Below, piece by piece: positions 50,902 to 63,343 of a DNA stretch of 64,000 nucleotides (the first letter of the stretch is position 1; every line of letters starts with the position of its first letter). Source of the stretch: Vicugna vicugna (Eukaryota); assembly GCA_013265495.1 (NCBI GenBank), contig MU058781.1, forward strand, positions 9,653,009-9,717,008, written 5' to 3'. The notes beneath the pieces were generated by a model. It made no database searches. It saw only the letters and a list, made by a program, of their open reading frames with translations, and was not told the origin of the DNA. Both the position numbers and the translations under genes were made by a program.

Positions 50902-53310
50902 GTATCTGATGTGTTTGCCTGCCTGACAACGAGGCAGAGTTGGAGAGAGGCAGAGGAGGGAGCGCCTGAGAAGAAAGAGGAGATGCCGAATGCCGTTGTG
51001 TTTTTCTGCCGCTCGCTCTGCATTCTCATTCTAGGGAGGATGGCATAATTTATAACCAAGTACATGGATGGAGGAACTGTAAATTGTAGTCTGGATGTTC
51101 CCGGTGCTGTCAGGGAAGAAACTGATGGGCTAGGTGACTGTACCAGTGTCCCCGGAGAAAAGAGCAGCCTTGCAGCATGGAATTAAATGCATGTGCATGC
51201 ATGTAGAAACAGGAGAAAAGGAGAGATTTCTGACCATTTTACACAGGAAGTCTGTCACTTTGCTGGATCGGGCTTGATTGCAGCTTGTATTCTCAGCTTC
51301 AGCTCAACACCCATTTCCTGACGAGCTAGAGAGCATGGCCAAAGCAGCTGCCTGCAGAATTTTCCTGTTACTGTGAAAGCAGCCCTCCTCAGCTTTAACT
51401 CCTTGAAGTTCTGAGTGCTCTGTGCTTTCCTGGGACTGATTGCAGGGTTTTGTTTTCTTCTTCGTCTACAAATGCCTGTAAACACAGCTGTATTCAGCAT
51501 GGTGAAAAAGTCTATCCTGTAAATAGAAATCTGATCAATTTAATCAAAATATATGTATCCCAGATGAGTTTGAGACCAGCTGGCTACCACAGGCTTCAGG
51601 TGCTACATGTTCAGTGGAGATGAATGCAGTCTAATATTCATGTGTTTCAGAATTCCAGGATCAGTCTTTAATTAAAAAAGAAAGTCCTTTTCTAAGGAAG
51701 ATAGGTGGTCCTACCAACTCGCCGGTAGATGGTTAGATACAGATGCGGATGCCGTCATGAGGTTTGGGATCGCGGTGTTGCATTTCCAAGGGCGTGTGCC
51801 ATGTGGCAGAGCATGGTCATACTTAGTGCATCTGCCTTGCTGTATGGAGAGGCGGGTGCCCTTGGAACAGCCTCTGGTCAGGTTGGTGGAGGCACCTGGG
51901 GCTTGTTTTGGATTCAGATGAGTGAGCTGGGGTGCTCTCACCCCAGCTTGGTAGAGTCAGCTCAAATCTGGGGATGAGGCACTTTCCCAGTTGTCATGGG
52001 GAGCTCTTCTGGGACGCCTGTCTGGCCCTTCCACTGTTTGTTACTATTTCTACAAAGGCAGCTCTGTGTGTTGGATTATGTTTGGCCAGCTGTTGATGCA
52101 TTCCTGCGGGCGGGGCTGGGTGGGGATCTTGTTACTGTACTTCCAAACTGTAGATCTGTGTGTGTGTGTGGAGAGTAGGGAGCAGATGGAAAGAAAGCAG
52201 GTTAGAGAAGCCGGTCACTCTTACTGATTTCTCCAGGTAGTTCTAGAGCGAATCACAGAAAGAAGGAAAGGGGGAATGATGGTGGGGGAGGAGGGAAGAG
52301 GAGAGCAATGAGGGAAAGAGAAGGAAACTGAGCAAGCGCATAGGGAAGAAAAACAGACTTAGAACTTCAAAGCTGCACAGACAAGCAGAATGTCAGCAGC
52401 TTGTAATTAGTGGTTCATGGTTGCGTCAGTGACTGTATCTCTCCAAGAATAACTGTGTGATGTGTGCCACAAAGTGAAGAAGATAGTCATAACTAAGTTA
52501 TCAAACCCAGTTCAAACAAGGGCAAATGGATTAAGGAATTTTCTGTGTTTTTAAATCGAATACTGATGGATTACATGTCTAAGACTTGCTGAATTCTGCA
52601 TAATTGAAGGCTGAATTACCAGTTTGTTGGGCAGGGGATACTCTATGTTCATTAAATGAAACCATGAATGCTTAAAAACGCAGATTAATCGTGCAAGAAA
52701 ATAATCAGTGCCTGCCCCATCAGTACAAGATATTTCCCCAACTAGCTGGAAACCGCTCTGCCAGCTTCCCTTATCTCTGCATCCACATGTAATTTTTGTT
52801 TGCTTGTTTTTGTGAGTCATTGTGGAGAGGAGTTAAAAATTACATTCAAATAAATATGGTCAATTACATTCTGAAATCCCCATGTTAGCATTGGAAAACT
52901 CACATTGGGGTTCTGATTTCTGTTGGTAGCCCTGGTATAAACCTGGAAGGAGCCGTGGCTGTCTTGAAGCCAGACAGCAGTCCCTTGGTAACCCCCTGGG
53001 AAGTCAGGGCAGCACAGTAGTGGAGATTTGAAGGCTGTGTTCACTTCCCTCCCTTGGCTCTGGTGCTTAGAGGTTTTGGTGTGACTGCAGCCCCCACAAA
53101 GAGACAGTGGGAGGAGCTGATTGGTTGGTAGGCTTAGGATGTTTACTCTTATTTGTTTTCAGCACTCCTCCCGCAGCATTCATTTCGTATTTGTATTTGT
53201 GTTCACTCTGCACAATAATTCCTCACCCGCTTTGTTTCTCTGCCTGAAGTCAATTTTAGTTCAGCTCCTGGGTAATATGTGCATATGTATTGCGTTACCC
53301 TGTGTATGCA

Positions 53311-53346
53311 TTTCTTTCTTTCTTTCTTTCTTTCTTTCTTTTTTTT
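53311..53346. repeat. (TTTC)n microsatellite with poly-T
   Basis: Directly visible. Confidence 0.9.
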
Positions 53347-56300
53347 GATGTGGATTAGGGGAACCGTCCGCAGGGAAAGCCGTGGATATTAAATCAATAG
53401 CTTTTTTGAATCCCATGTAATATAATTTAAATATACTTACTCTGAGGTTGCCAAAGCCGACATGGTCAGAGCCCCTTTAATTTACATCTTCGATTTAGTC
53501 AAGGAGTGGAACCTGCCAGATCAGAATAGCGTCTTCTGTGCACCCAACAGGGTGGAAGACATTATTTTGTTTGTGTTAGCTCAAACAGCTGGTCATTAAT
53601 GCAGTCCCCATTTCTCGAGTGAAGTGCTGGTGGACGTGAATGGCTGCCTGATTAATGCTGTCCCTCCGAGGGTCCTTCCCCTGGCAGTCATGCTCCAAGC
53701 AGAATAATGTAGCATGATGCGATTGCTCTCCACCAGGGTAGTATGTCATTGTGTCACCAAGCAATTGAGGTTATTATGGGGCAGGGCAGACAGACGGGAC
53801 AGTGGGGTTACTAGACCGTAGCATTTTTAGAAATACAGGCCTGACCTACTTAGACTTATTCTCTCTGCCTGGCAGCTGCATGGTCCATAAAGCCTCCTGA
53901 TAGGCTGAGGCTGTTGCTAGGGGGAATTAGCATGAATTTTTCCACACACAGACTCAGTGACTGAATGATAAAAGCCGACTGGAATTAAAGAGATTTGGTT
54001 TAGTATTATACAGATTTATCTGCCCCGTTTTTCTTTCTCAAGTGCGGAGGAAGGGAGCAAAATACAGATTTTTGTTTCCATTTTGTTCTTTGACCCTCTT
54101 GTTCTCCCCACCAAGGAGGCACCAGAGCAAGACAGTTAGGAAATTTTGGTTAATCTCTTAACATCCCCAGGTCATTGAAACGATGTTGCAAATTGTAAGA
54201 TATTTAAGCTCAAAGACTGCTGCGAATGACTAACAGAAGGTTAGATTATTTTTCCTCTTCTGTGCACTAAGCTGTTTTGAAGTTGGGCATGCATCTTTCA
54301 TGACTGTATATTTAAACCCTCTTTCCCTTTTGGGCTGGAACAAAACATTTATATAAATTCTTTTCTATCCAAACAGATTGAAGCGTGCAATTTCTGGCTT
54401 GTTTAAAATTTAGATAGTAAGGATTCCAGATTTGGACGGGAAAAATATATATAGTCCTTTTTTTTTATTATAAAATATTTTTTTTGTGGGCTATTTTGGG
54501 TTTGGCTTATTTTTCAAAAGCCAGCCTGATGTTTATGCTTATGGATAAAACTTAACTGCTCCCACCTTACCCTCTTTTGCTTTACAATGTACAGAAAGAT
54601 TGAGGCTTTTCTCCAGAAGAAAGAATATCTGTCGAATTTATCTAAATTTTGTTTTTCCTGGTTGCTGACATATGTCCTGCATGTAGAGAGTTCACATGAT
54701 CAATTTTATAAGATGATCCTTTTTTTTTCCCCTTCTGCTCCTGTATTCTCCAAGTGTCTCTGTGTTTGTGATTTTTAACGGATCTTTTCCAGGGGAAGAT
54801 TTTTAATGGCTCTTTTAATGTAAACTGAAAGCCCATCAGGAGAAAAATAAAAGCAATATATAGTCAAGAATACTTTGATTTTTCTTGTTCCTAATTATAT
54901 ACTATCTGTGCTTAAACCACAGTGTCCCTCTGTTACCTTATCTGTCCCTCTGCTGAAAGTAATCATTATCCTGCCTTTTTGATGTGGAATTAATTTTTGT
55001 TAGAACATGCTGTGATATCACAAGTACACACGAAGCTTGACTACATCAGAGAGAGGAATAATGCAGATTTCTTATAAACTTGTAAAGTCAGATTACTTGA
55101 CCACGTGGAAAAAAAAGAAATTTAGATGTGAGTTTTTCTTTTCATTTAGGTTTTTAAAAAATATTCAGGTCTATTTAGCAATATATGTTTTCAGACAGTG
55201 ATTTCCACTTACACCAGAGACCACACAGTCAAAACAAAACAAAAAATCCTCTAATGGTGTCAGAGCCAAGAAACCCATCAATCTTCTTATTCTCTTTTGT
55301 AAACCAGCATTGTTTACGTTTCAGCATAGAAATACAGCTTATTAAGCTAAAATAGAGTGTATTTTCTGATGTTGTAATTCATATTTCACACCCTTCCTAG
55401 CTTTAAGAATCCCCCAAATAACATTTTTTGTAAAGATTTCCAACCATACTAACAGTCATCAACTGAATAAAATGCCAATTTATATTTGTTGAATAAAAGG
55501 TTACCTTGGTGTGCTGCTCCTTCCAAAATGAAGCAATTTCATTTATTATTTTAATTAGTGAACATTTTAACTCTTCTGTGGTACATACTTTGGGTCAGTG
55601 GATGATCATTTAAATGCTTAAGTTCAAAGTTACAGACATAAAATGTCACTTTAAAATCACTTAAGTAGGTGAAAATGTTAGTATAAGTTTATTAACATTT
55701 GTAAAGGGCAGATGCATAACATAAAAATTAAATACAGTCTGCTTCCAGGTACCCAGTCGAATCAAATGTTTATTGTTTGATTCATCATAAATTGATCATG
55801 CTGAAATTGTCCAGTGTAAGTCTTACTTGGTGGTTTAGGTTGTTAAGAATTTTTCATTGTTGTGGCTTTCATCTATTACTAGAGAGAGCAATATTAGGTG
55901 GATCAAAAGCAAAAGTGAAACAAGACTAAGTGTCACTTATGTTGCCTTGCTGTAGTTAAGCTTAACTTCTAGATACTTGCTTTGACGATGTATATTCATA
56001 GTATGACTTTTCATCCACTGCCATTGATCAAAAAGCCAAAGGTGCAGTCATCATCATTTCCTCAATCACTTACTCATTAGGTAAGTATTTATTTTCTGTT
56101 CGCACATGAGGCTGGCTTCTACAGTTACAGGGTTCAAACAAGGATCGATGAGTTTTGGGGATACTGTTGGGAATAAACAAAAAAGGGAAAACAGCAGTTG
56201 GTTGTTGTAGCGCACCAGACACAGTTAGATCTTGAGTTAAATTGCTCCCCTGACTGTGTTCTGCTCGACACCTAATGCTATGTAATTCTTATAACCTGGG

Positions 56301-56739
56301 GGCAGAGCTGGTGATACCAGTGCTGGAAGCTTGGAGATGATCAGCTCCCCTGATCTCACAAACAGCTCCATCTCTTTCCAACCATCTGACCACTTTTCTA
56401 GTACTGAAGATTGAACACTAAGCCAGGATAGGTCTTTATGTGTCTTTTGTGAAGTCATGAAGGCATACTATAACCCAGAGGCTTTCGACATCATGATTTA
56501 AACAATTAATAGTATTTTAAAAACCTTTTAAGTGCCCAAATGGTATACTACCTGGAATGGCTTGAGTCACTCTAAATGTTTTTGTCTTTGTTTGGTTCCT
56601 CCTCCTTTCCTTTAATCTCCTTCCACTTGTTTAAGTATAACTAGGTTTCCCTCTTGTGTGCGCACCCCTGAGTTTGCCAAGCAAAGGGCTGAACGAAATG
56701 TATTCTTGCTTTTTACCCTTCTGATCACCTCTCCAGCAA

Positions 56740-56950
56740 ACTGGTTTTAAATCTGCCTGATTGCCTCCAAATAGCTTCCAGGCGTCCTTCTCTCCGTGCT
56801 CCTACTTTATTAGAGTAGACGCTGCATGGTTTTTTGTTTGTCAGTTTCTCCACAAGTCTCTAACCTGTTCTTCATCTGTGTGCCAGGTGCCTACTAGTTG
56901 CTTCACAGACATTAGTTGATTAACGACTGAATCAATGAGTAGATTAATGG
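56740..56950 (+). mobile_element. L2 3' terminus
   Basis: 'tttgtttgtcagtttctcc...ttcttcatctgtgtgccaggtgccta...ttgattaacgactgaatcaatgagt'. Confidence 0.5.
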
Positions 56951-57020
56951 GAACCCAGAAGACAAATTCTAGGGAAGAGTAACGAATCTCTTATCTGGTG
57001 ACTTATCAATGGTATAGGGG

Positions 57021-57245
57021 CAGGAAGCCATAATGTGTTTTTCTGAAGGTGAGACAGTAAATACTTGAGGCTTTGTGCGCCATAATGTCTCTGTTGCAGC
57101 TATTCAACTCAGCTGGTGTAGTGAGAAAGCATCTGCAGATGATACATAAATGAATGAGCATGGCCGTGTCTCAATAAAACTTTATTTACCAAAAAACAGG
57201 CAGTGAGCCAGATTTGGCTTATGAGCTTTGGATTGCTGACCCCTG
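57021..57245 (+). mobile_element. MER58A hAT-Charlie MITE, near full length
   Basis: 'agacagtaaatacttgaggctttg...gtctctgttgcagctattcaactc...caataaaactttatttac...gccagatttggc...ttgctgacccctg'. Confidence 0.85.
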
Positions 57246-57894
57246 GAATAATCATTACCTGTGATATTTTGAGGGTGTAATTACACAGGATGTGTATCCT
57301 GAAGATCAGTGTATTTAAAAAAGAAGAGAATTTCAAACAATTCAATAACAATTAAGACAAAGGAGCAAATAACTATTTACTTGAGATGAGAACTCATTGC
57401 TAGTCCACTAAATTTCGTTTGCTTGGTGGTGACACAGATGGAAGGGTTTATTTTAAAATTCAAAGATGAAAGCAAGGATTGTTGGTTTTTCTGAAAACAT
57501 AATGCTGTTGTACGGTTCTATACATAAGAAGAATGGAAAATTTTTACTTTTCAAAATTACCCTTTTAATGCTGGTTACCTAGGGGCAAGGAGGAAGCCCA
57601 ACCTCTGTTTGTTCAAATTGCTGGCAGAACATTCAAGACATGCACAATGGTAAACCTGGAAGCCTTGCTCCGTCTCTTGCTGTTGTTTGCAGATTCTTTT
57701 CATCAATTTGAATTCTGTGTTATTTCAACAACCTAAGTCAGATCTTCCTTTTTTTCGCATCTCCCCAGTCCCTTCTCCATTAGATGGAAATTAACCAGCA
57801 GCATTAGAAGCTCTCCGCTGTCCCTTTTTGTCCCCGCTCTTGTCGTGCTGGGGCCCCTTTTCTTTCTCCCATCATGCAGCAGTATGCGCTGACC

Positions 57895-58145
57895 TTGGTT
57901 GATGGTGTTGGAGGCAGTAAGCAAGTACATGAAGTGGTCTGAAGGCTTGAGCCTGGGTTTAAATCTCACTCCACCTACCAGCTCTGTGACCCAAGGCCCT
58001 TAACTACCTTCCCCAAACTTACACTTCCTCATGTGTGAAATAATGGTAGTGATAGTACCCACCTCATGGAAGTTGTGTGAGACTGAAACGAGATCTTGAA
58101 CATGAAGCCCTTCTGGCACTTTGTAAGGGTTCAGTGGAGTCTGCC
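57895..58145 (+). mobile_element. MIR SINE
   Basis: 'cctgggtttaaatctcactccacctaccagctctgtgacc...ttcctcatgtgtgaaat...gatagtacccacctcatgg'. Confidence 0.8.
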
Positions 58146-58699
58146 TGCTGGTACTGGGGCTTCTACGACTACTCTTGATTTCATTATTGAGAATTTTTCT
58201 GCAGACAGAGAAGTGTGTGATCTGGCATTAAGCTTGGAGATATTGATGGCATCATTATGGGTCACCTTCCTTAATGTGAGGAGCTACCTATTTATTTGGG
58301 GGAACCAGGTATCAGAAGTCCTGAAGTCAAGAGCAAAGCAGACAGAAGCCTTGAGGTATCCAGAATATCCCAAGGAATTGTGTGCTCACTGTTTCATCTC
58401 TTACTTTTTTTTTTATATTTACTATCTGGAAGTGCTCTAGCATATCTTCTTCTAGGACTGTCTGAGTGGCGCAGTGTGGTTCCCTGTCCATGTAGAGGAA
58501 GGCCGAGGACTGACGGAACACAAAAGACTGTTGTTCTACCCTAAAGCTACAGTTTCCTTTTGGGCTTATCTCCTACAGAAAATTTATCCTGATTAAGTGG
58601 CTTAGGAGCAACATATGTCTGCAAACGTTCCTCAGTCTTAAGCTGATTTTGTGTCAAATGATTTTTGTTTAACGAGCATTTGTTCATCATTGCCTGGCT

Positions 58700-58970
58700 G
58701 ACTCTGTCCCTTCCAGGCCTCTCTTCAGTAATCATGTTCCCCTGAAGCCTTTTCTGGCTCCTGAATGTGGCCTCAGTTATCCGCTTCTGTGAACACTCCT
58801 TAATTCCCCAAGCAAAACACTTAGTAAATCGTTACTCTTGCTTTTCAGTGCTCTGATCACCACCCTCAGTGGGTCATCAGTACCACAGGGCAGGAGAGCT
58901 GTGTCTGTCTTTAGTGTGATAGGCCTAGTAAGTAGGAGAGCATGCTAAGTGCTCAGTAAATATTTGGGGA
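58700..58970 (+). mobile_element. L2 3' terminus
   Basis: 'gaagccttttctg...agggcaggagagctgtgtctgtctt...taagtgctcagtaaatatttg'. Confidence 0.6.
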
Positions 58971-59009
58971 CCAAATGGCTATTAAAGGCTCATTCAGGCT
59001 GTATATTCT

Positions 59010-59630
59010 TTTTTTTAAATTTTTTTTAATGAGTTAGTCATTTTACAATGTTGTGTCAAATTCCAGTGTAGAGCACAATTTTTCCGTTATACATGAACAT
59101 ACATATGTTCATTGTCATGTTTTTTTTTTTGATGTAAGCTACCACAAGATCTTGTGTATATTTCCCTGTGCTATGCAGTATAATCTTGTTTATCTATTCT
59201 ACATTTTGAAATCCCAGTCTGTCCCTTCCCACCCCCCGCCCCCTTGGCAACCACAAGTTTGTATTCTATGTCTATGAGTCTGTTTCTGTTTTGCATTTAC
59301 GTTCATTTTTTTTTTTTTAAGATTCCACATATGAGCAATCTCATATGGTTTTTTTCTTTCTCTTTCTGGCTTACTTCACTTAGAATGACATTCTCCAGGA
59401 ACATCCATGTTGCTGCAAATGGCGTTATGTTGTCGGTTTTTATGGCTGAATAGTATTCCATTATATAAATATACCACAACTTCTTTATCCAGTCATCTGT
59501 TGGTGGACATTTAGGCTGTTTCCATGTTTTGGCTATTGTAAATAGTGCTTCTGTGAACATTGAGGTGCAGGTGTCTTTTTGAAGTAGGATTCCTTCTGGA
59601 TATATGCCCAGGAGCAGGATTACTGAGTCA
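59010..59630 (-). mobile_element. Young, 5'-truncated lineage-specific L1 (camelid-type 3' UTR plus ORF2 C-terminus) with 16-bp TSD
   Basis: ORF 59303-59560 (MFTEALFTIAKTWKQPKCP...WIKKLWYIYIMEYYSAIK...PFAATWMFLE) is the ORF2p C-terminus; poly(T) at left; TSD tcaggctgtatattct at 58994-59009 and 59628-59643. Confidence 0.95.
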
Positions 59631-61054
59631 GGCTGTATATTCTATTAACTCATATTAAATAAGTCGCTTGGAATTGTGCTGTACTTGATGTAGTCAGGAT
59701 ACATTCATGGTGAAATTCATGAATTAATCTATCTCAGTAGTCATAAGACATCACCAAAAGGTGAAAAGTTCTATCTATATAGTTATGGAATTTGTAAATG
59801 AGAAAATAGATATATTATTATCACTTCTGAAATCAGAACCAGCCAATTAGACATTTTATTTTGACATAGTGAACATAAGAGAGAAAATTTTAAAGTAGCA
59901 AAAAAAATGGGAAATGTTATAAAGCAAGCATTCTATACAAAAGAATGATCATTCTTCTTTTGTGGGGATTTCATAAAACATGTAACTTGCTCCAGGAGTG
60001 AGATGTTCTTAGTTCTGACGAACCATAGAGAAGCTTATTAAATGAAAAGTGTTCAGGAAACATCCATTGAATTTGATATTTTGGCTTCTCTTTGTATTTT
60101 TCTTTAATAACAAAAATTCTTTAGCTTTCTATCCACCCAGAAAAATGTGACTTTGATGCTTTTAAGAACCCCTTCCTAAACCACAAGACTAAAGGATATT
60201 AATAGCAGAGAGGTGTCGATGCAGGAGGGGGTGGTGGTGAACTGAATGTATCTGGTCTCCCTGGGGTTTTTCCCTTGCTGCTGCTAGTGGCCACAAATGT
60301 CCGTGTACCCCAGGGGAAGTCAATGCAACAGCATGAGAGTGAGAGCCTTTTTGTGTTTCCTGCCAATTATTAGGTGTGATTGAATATTTTGAAAGAAGCC
60401 AGTACATAAAAATTGGCGTTTGGCTAGTGCCTTATACAAGTGATCTTTTCTCCCCCTGTTTTCCTTTCAAATGTGTTTGATACTCTGACATTAGACTCTG
60501 CCTACCCCTCTTGGTAGCAGAGGTATATACACATCAGTCTTACAAAACACTGTAGATGCGAGGTGGATGACATTGGGTTTACGATATTTTTCCTTCTCGA
60601 GCACCTACGGGTTTATATGTTTTTCCTTGTTTTGTTACAGGGATGCCTTTACTTCATCTTTTTCTTCCAGGACTGTAATAATCAATGTTCATACCACAAA
60701 GGCTCTTTGGTTTAGGCTTCTAGTTGTAGGAATGAGGAATGCCAATATTGTTTTCCAAGAGTAACCACTGGTACATTTAATTGATAGTAGTATTCAGAAT
60801 GCAAGACGTAACAGAATTTGTAATTTTTGTAATTTTATTAAGGTAATCTCTTTACATTTCCTTATTGGAAAAATATTCTAGGGAATTGTGCATTTCACAT
60901 TATTTCAACAGAAATACAGTGATAGCAGGATGATATTTGGCAATCACTAATCTTTACTAGAATCTTTCCTTTCTTGGAGAATTAAGGAAGCTCCAGGGTT
61001 TTTTTTTTTCCAGATATATCTATCTATCTATCTATATATAATCTTAAAAAAATT

Positions 61055-61115
61055 GTTTTTTATTGAAGTACAGTCAGTTACGTGTCTGTTTCTGGCGTAA
61101 AGCCCTACGTCCCAG
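61055..61115 (-). mobile_element. Short L1 3' terminus (same type as 5687)
   Basis: 'ttttttattgaagtacagtcagttac...tttctggcgta...gtcccagt'. Confidence 0.65.
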
Positions 61116-62151
61116 TGAAAGAAAGACTCATAACAAAATACTGGTCGCGTGAAGCCAGCCTGGGTGAGGGCCAGCAGGTGAAAGATGAACAGTTGCATCC
61201 CTCTTTCCAGCAACCTTCTGTGTCGCTAATTGCTGGGAACCAGGAGTAGGGGGCTTGTCTTCATTTGGGGGCATCACGGGAAGGATAGATAATTAAAAAA
61301 TCCTTGAGAAGGAAGACTGTGATGCTATGCAAAAAATGTATATGCTTACAGTCTTCATGTCTCAGAAGCCTTTGGAACTTTGAGGAAGCACTTGAGCACA
61401 CCGTACCTTACTGTATTTCCAGAAGCTTCTACATCTAGTACTTTCTTTAGAACCAGTGTACTCACTTCTGTCTTCTTAATCACACATACAGGTAGAAAGG
61501 TAAACATAGATTAAGGTCTATATTTTTATAGAGCTGTTTTTTTAAGATCAGTTTTTAATATTGGAAGGTCAATGTGGCTATATTATGTACTCAACCCTTA
61601 AAGGATCATTAGTTTAATTTCCTTTATATGTTTATACATTGGGCTATAAAATTCATGGGGGCAGGTATTACATCAGTTTAGCTCACTATTGCCTGGCTCA
61701 AAAAAGGTGCTATATATACGTATCTATTTAATGAATTTAAAGCAGTGGGAGAAGTATTGAGATATCTTATACCAAAATTGCCTTTGTAATCGATCATCTT
61801 TCAGTTCAAAGTGTAAAAAAAAAATCCTATCCATGCAGCATTGTTACAGGTCATCCATTTCCCACTTTTATTTCAGTAAAGTGAAATTTTCTGAAGGAAG
61901 ATGTAATTTCAACCATGCTATTATTACTTTGTAGGATGCTTACTGCTATAGGAGCCTTGCTCATTGAGAAAAAGGTGTTACAGTAGTTATTGCTGGGGAC
62001 TTAATTCTTTTCTTTACAGTTAGTAGTATTTGACTAGTCCTCAGAAGTATCCATAAAGAGGACAGATGGCAGCATTTTTTTTTCTTAGTAGATGACTAAC
62101 TTAGAAAGGTTGTTATTATATAATCATTTGTCTAGCAGGAATTAGAATAAG

Positions 62152-62325
62152 TATCTTAGAACTGGAAGAGACCTGGGAAATAATCTAATCCTCCCACTGC
62201 CAGTCATTTTGCAGATAAGGAGATTGGGTCATGGAGAGGTTAAGAGATTTGCTCAAGGTCACACAGCTAGTTTTCACCAGAGCTAGAGTCAGAACTCATT
62301 TTTACTCATTGATTCCCGAGTTGTG
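62152..62325 (-). mobile_element. MIR SINE
   Basis: 'ttagaactggaagagacct...cattttgcagataaggaga...agaggttaagagatttgctcaaggtcacacagctagt'. Confidence 0.85.
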
Positions 62326-62534
62326 CATGTTCTGTAAGCCTGCTTTCCCTTCGGTCTCCTTCCTCACTGCAGAACTAGTCTGCAGTTCTTTCATTATGGA
62401 AGTCATTTGTGCTTGTTGATGCCTAAGATATGTATTACTCAGAGCTCACATAGGAAAATATGGGAAAATACTGGTGTGATTCTGTGCAGTAGAAATACAT
62501 ACAGAGTAAGCTTGATTCTGTGACAGTCAACATA

Positions 62535-62715
62535 CTGAACAGAAAGTTACAAAACTAGAAATGGAGATTACCAGTCTCTATCTTCTGTCCGCTAGCTGTG
62601 TGAGTTTAGGTGAATCATTCCTCTCTCTCTCGGGACCAGTGTTGTACAGTGAGAGGGATAGCACTTTGATAGTTGTTCGAGGTTTCCTCTGTTTGCTTCC
62701 TCTAACAGTCTATCA
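62535..62715 (+). mobile_element. MIR SINE (diverged)
   Basis: 'ctagctgtgtgagtttaggtgaatcattcctctctctctcgggaccagt'. Confidence 0.55.
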
Positions 62716-63052
62716 GTGCCCTGGAAAAGTGATCCTACATTTTTGAAGCTGTGACCAAAGTCTCATTTTAGTCAATCATGGTCTATAGACTCTGTCATGA
62801 ATTAAAGGAAAGCTGCTTCCAAATAAAGACATGCCACAGTTAAGGTTGTATTATAAGGAACTGTTGCCCTGGTGGTGCGTCTCATATTAAAGGAAAAGAA
62901 GAGTTCTGGATCTGAGATTCTACCAGATTTGTACTCATTTCTAATCTCGGGAGCATAATAATAGACATGGTTACCTTGAACCTGTGTTTATAGTTGGGCA
63001 ACATTAGACAAAAACAGAAGAATGACTATGTAGCAAAAAAGAGTACTGACGA

Positions 63053-63343
63053 GTGTGCTATCTAATATGGTAGTCACTAGCCCCGGATGTCTACTGAGTA
63101 CTTAAAGTGTGGCTAGCATGAATAGTAAGGATACAATGCTCTAGATTTTGAAGACTTAGCATAATAACAAGAAAGTAAAATATGTATCTGATTAATTTTA
63201 ATATTGGCTTCATGTTAAAAAGGATATATTGGATTAAAAATGTTATTAAAATTAATTTTCTTATTTCACTTTGTCAAATGTTGCTTCTAGAGAGTATAAA
63301 ATTATATGTGTGGCTCACATTGTATTTCTGTTGGGCAGCACTA
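63053..63343. mobile_element. MER33 DNA transposon, opposite orientation to the copy at 3458
   Basis: 'gtgctatctaatatggtagtcactagcc...tgtggctag...tttgaagacttag...tgtggctcacatt...tttctgttgggcagcact'. Confidence 0.8.

Larger units (their letters stand above)
50440..51020. promoter_or_regulatory. CpG-enriched, GC-rich segment (weak CpG island)
   Basis: About 30 CpG in about 580 bp by manual count, against a strongly CpG-depleted background; not repeat-derived. Confidence 0.75.

Noticed and set aside
50334..51065. 243-aa minus-strand ORF, the longest in the window
   Set aside because: GC-rich, stop-poor sequence ending in poly-K from T tracts; no domain; promoter and splice motifs point to the + strand.
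59303..59560. Well-formed 85-aa ORF
   Set aside because: C-terminus of ORF2p in a 5'-truncated L1; no promoter or real start.
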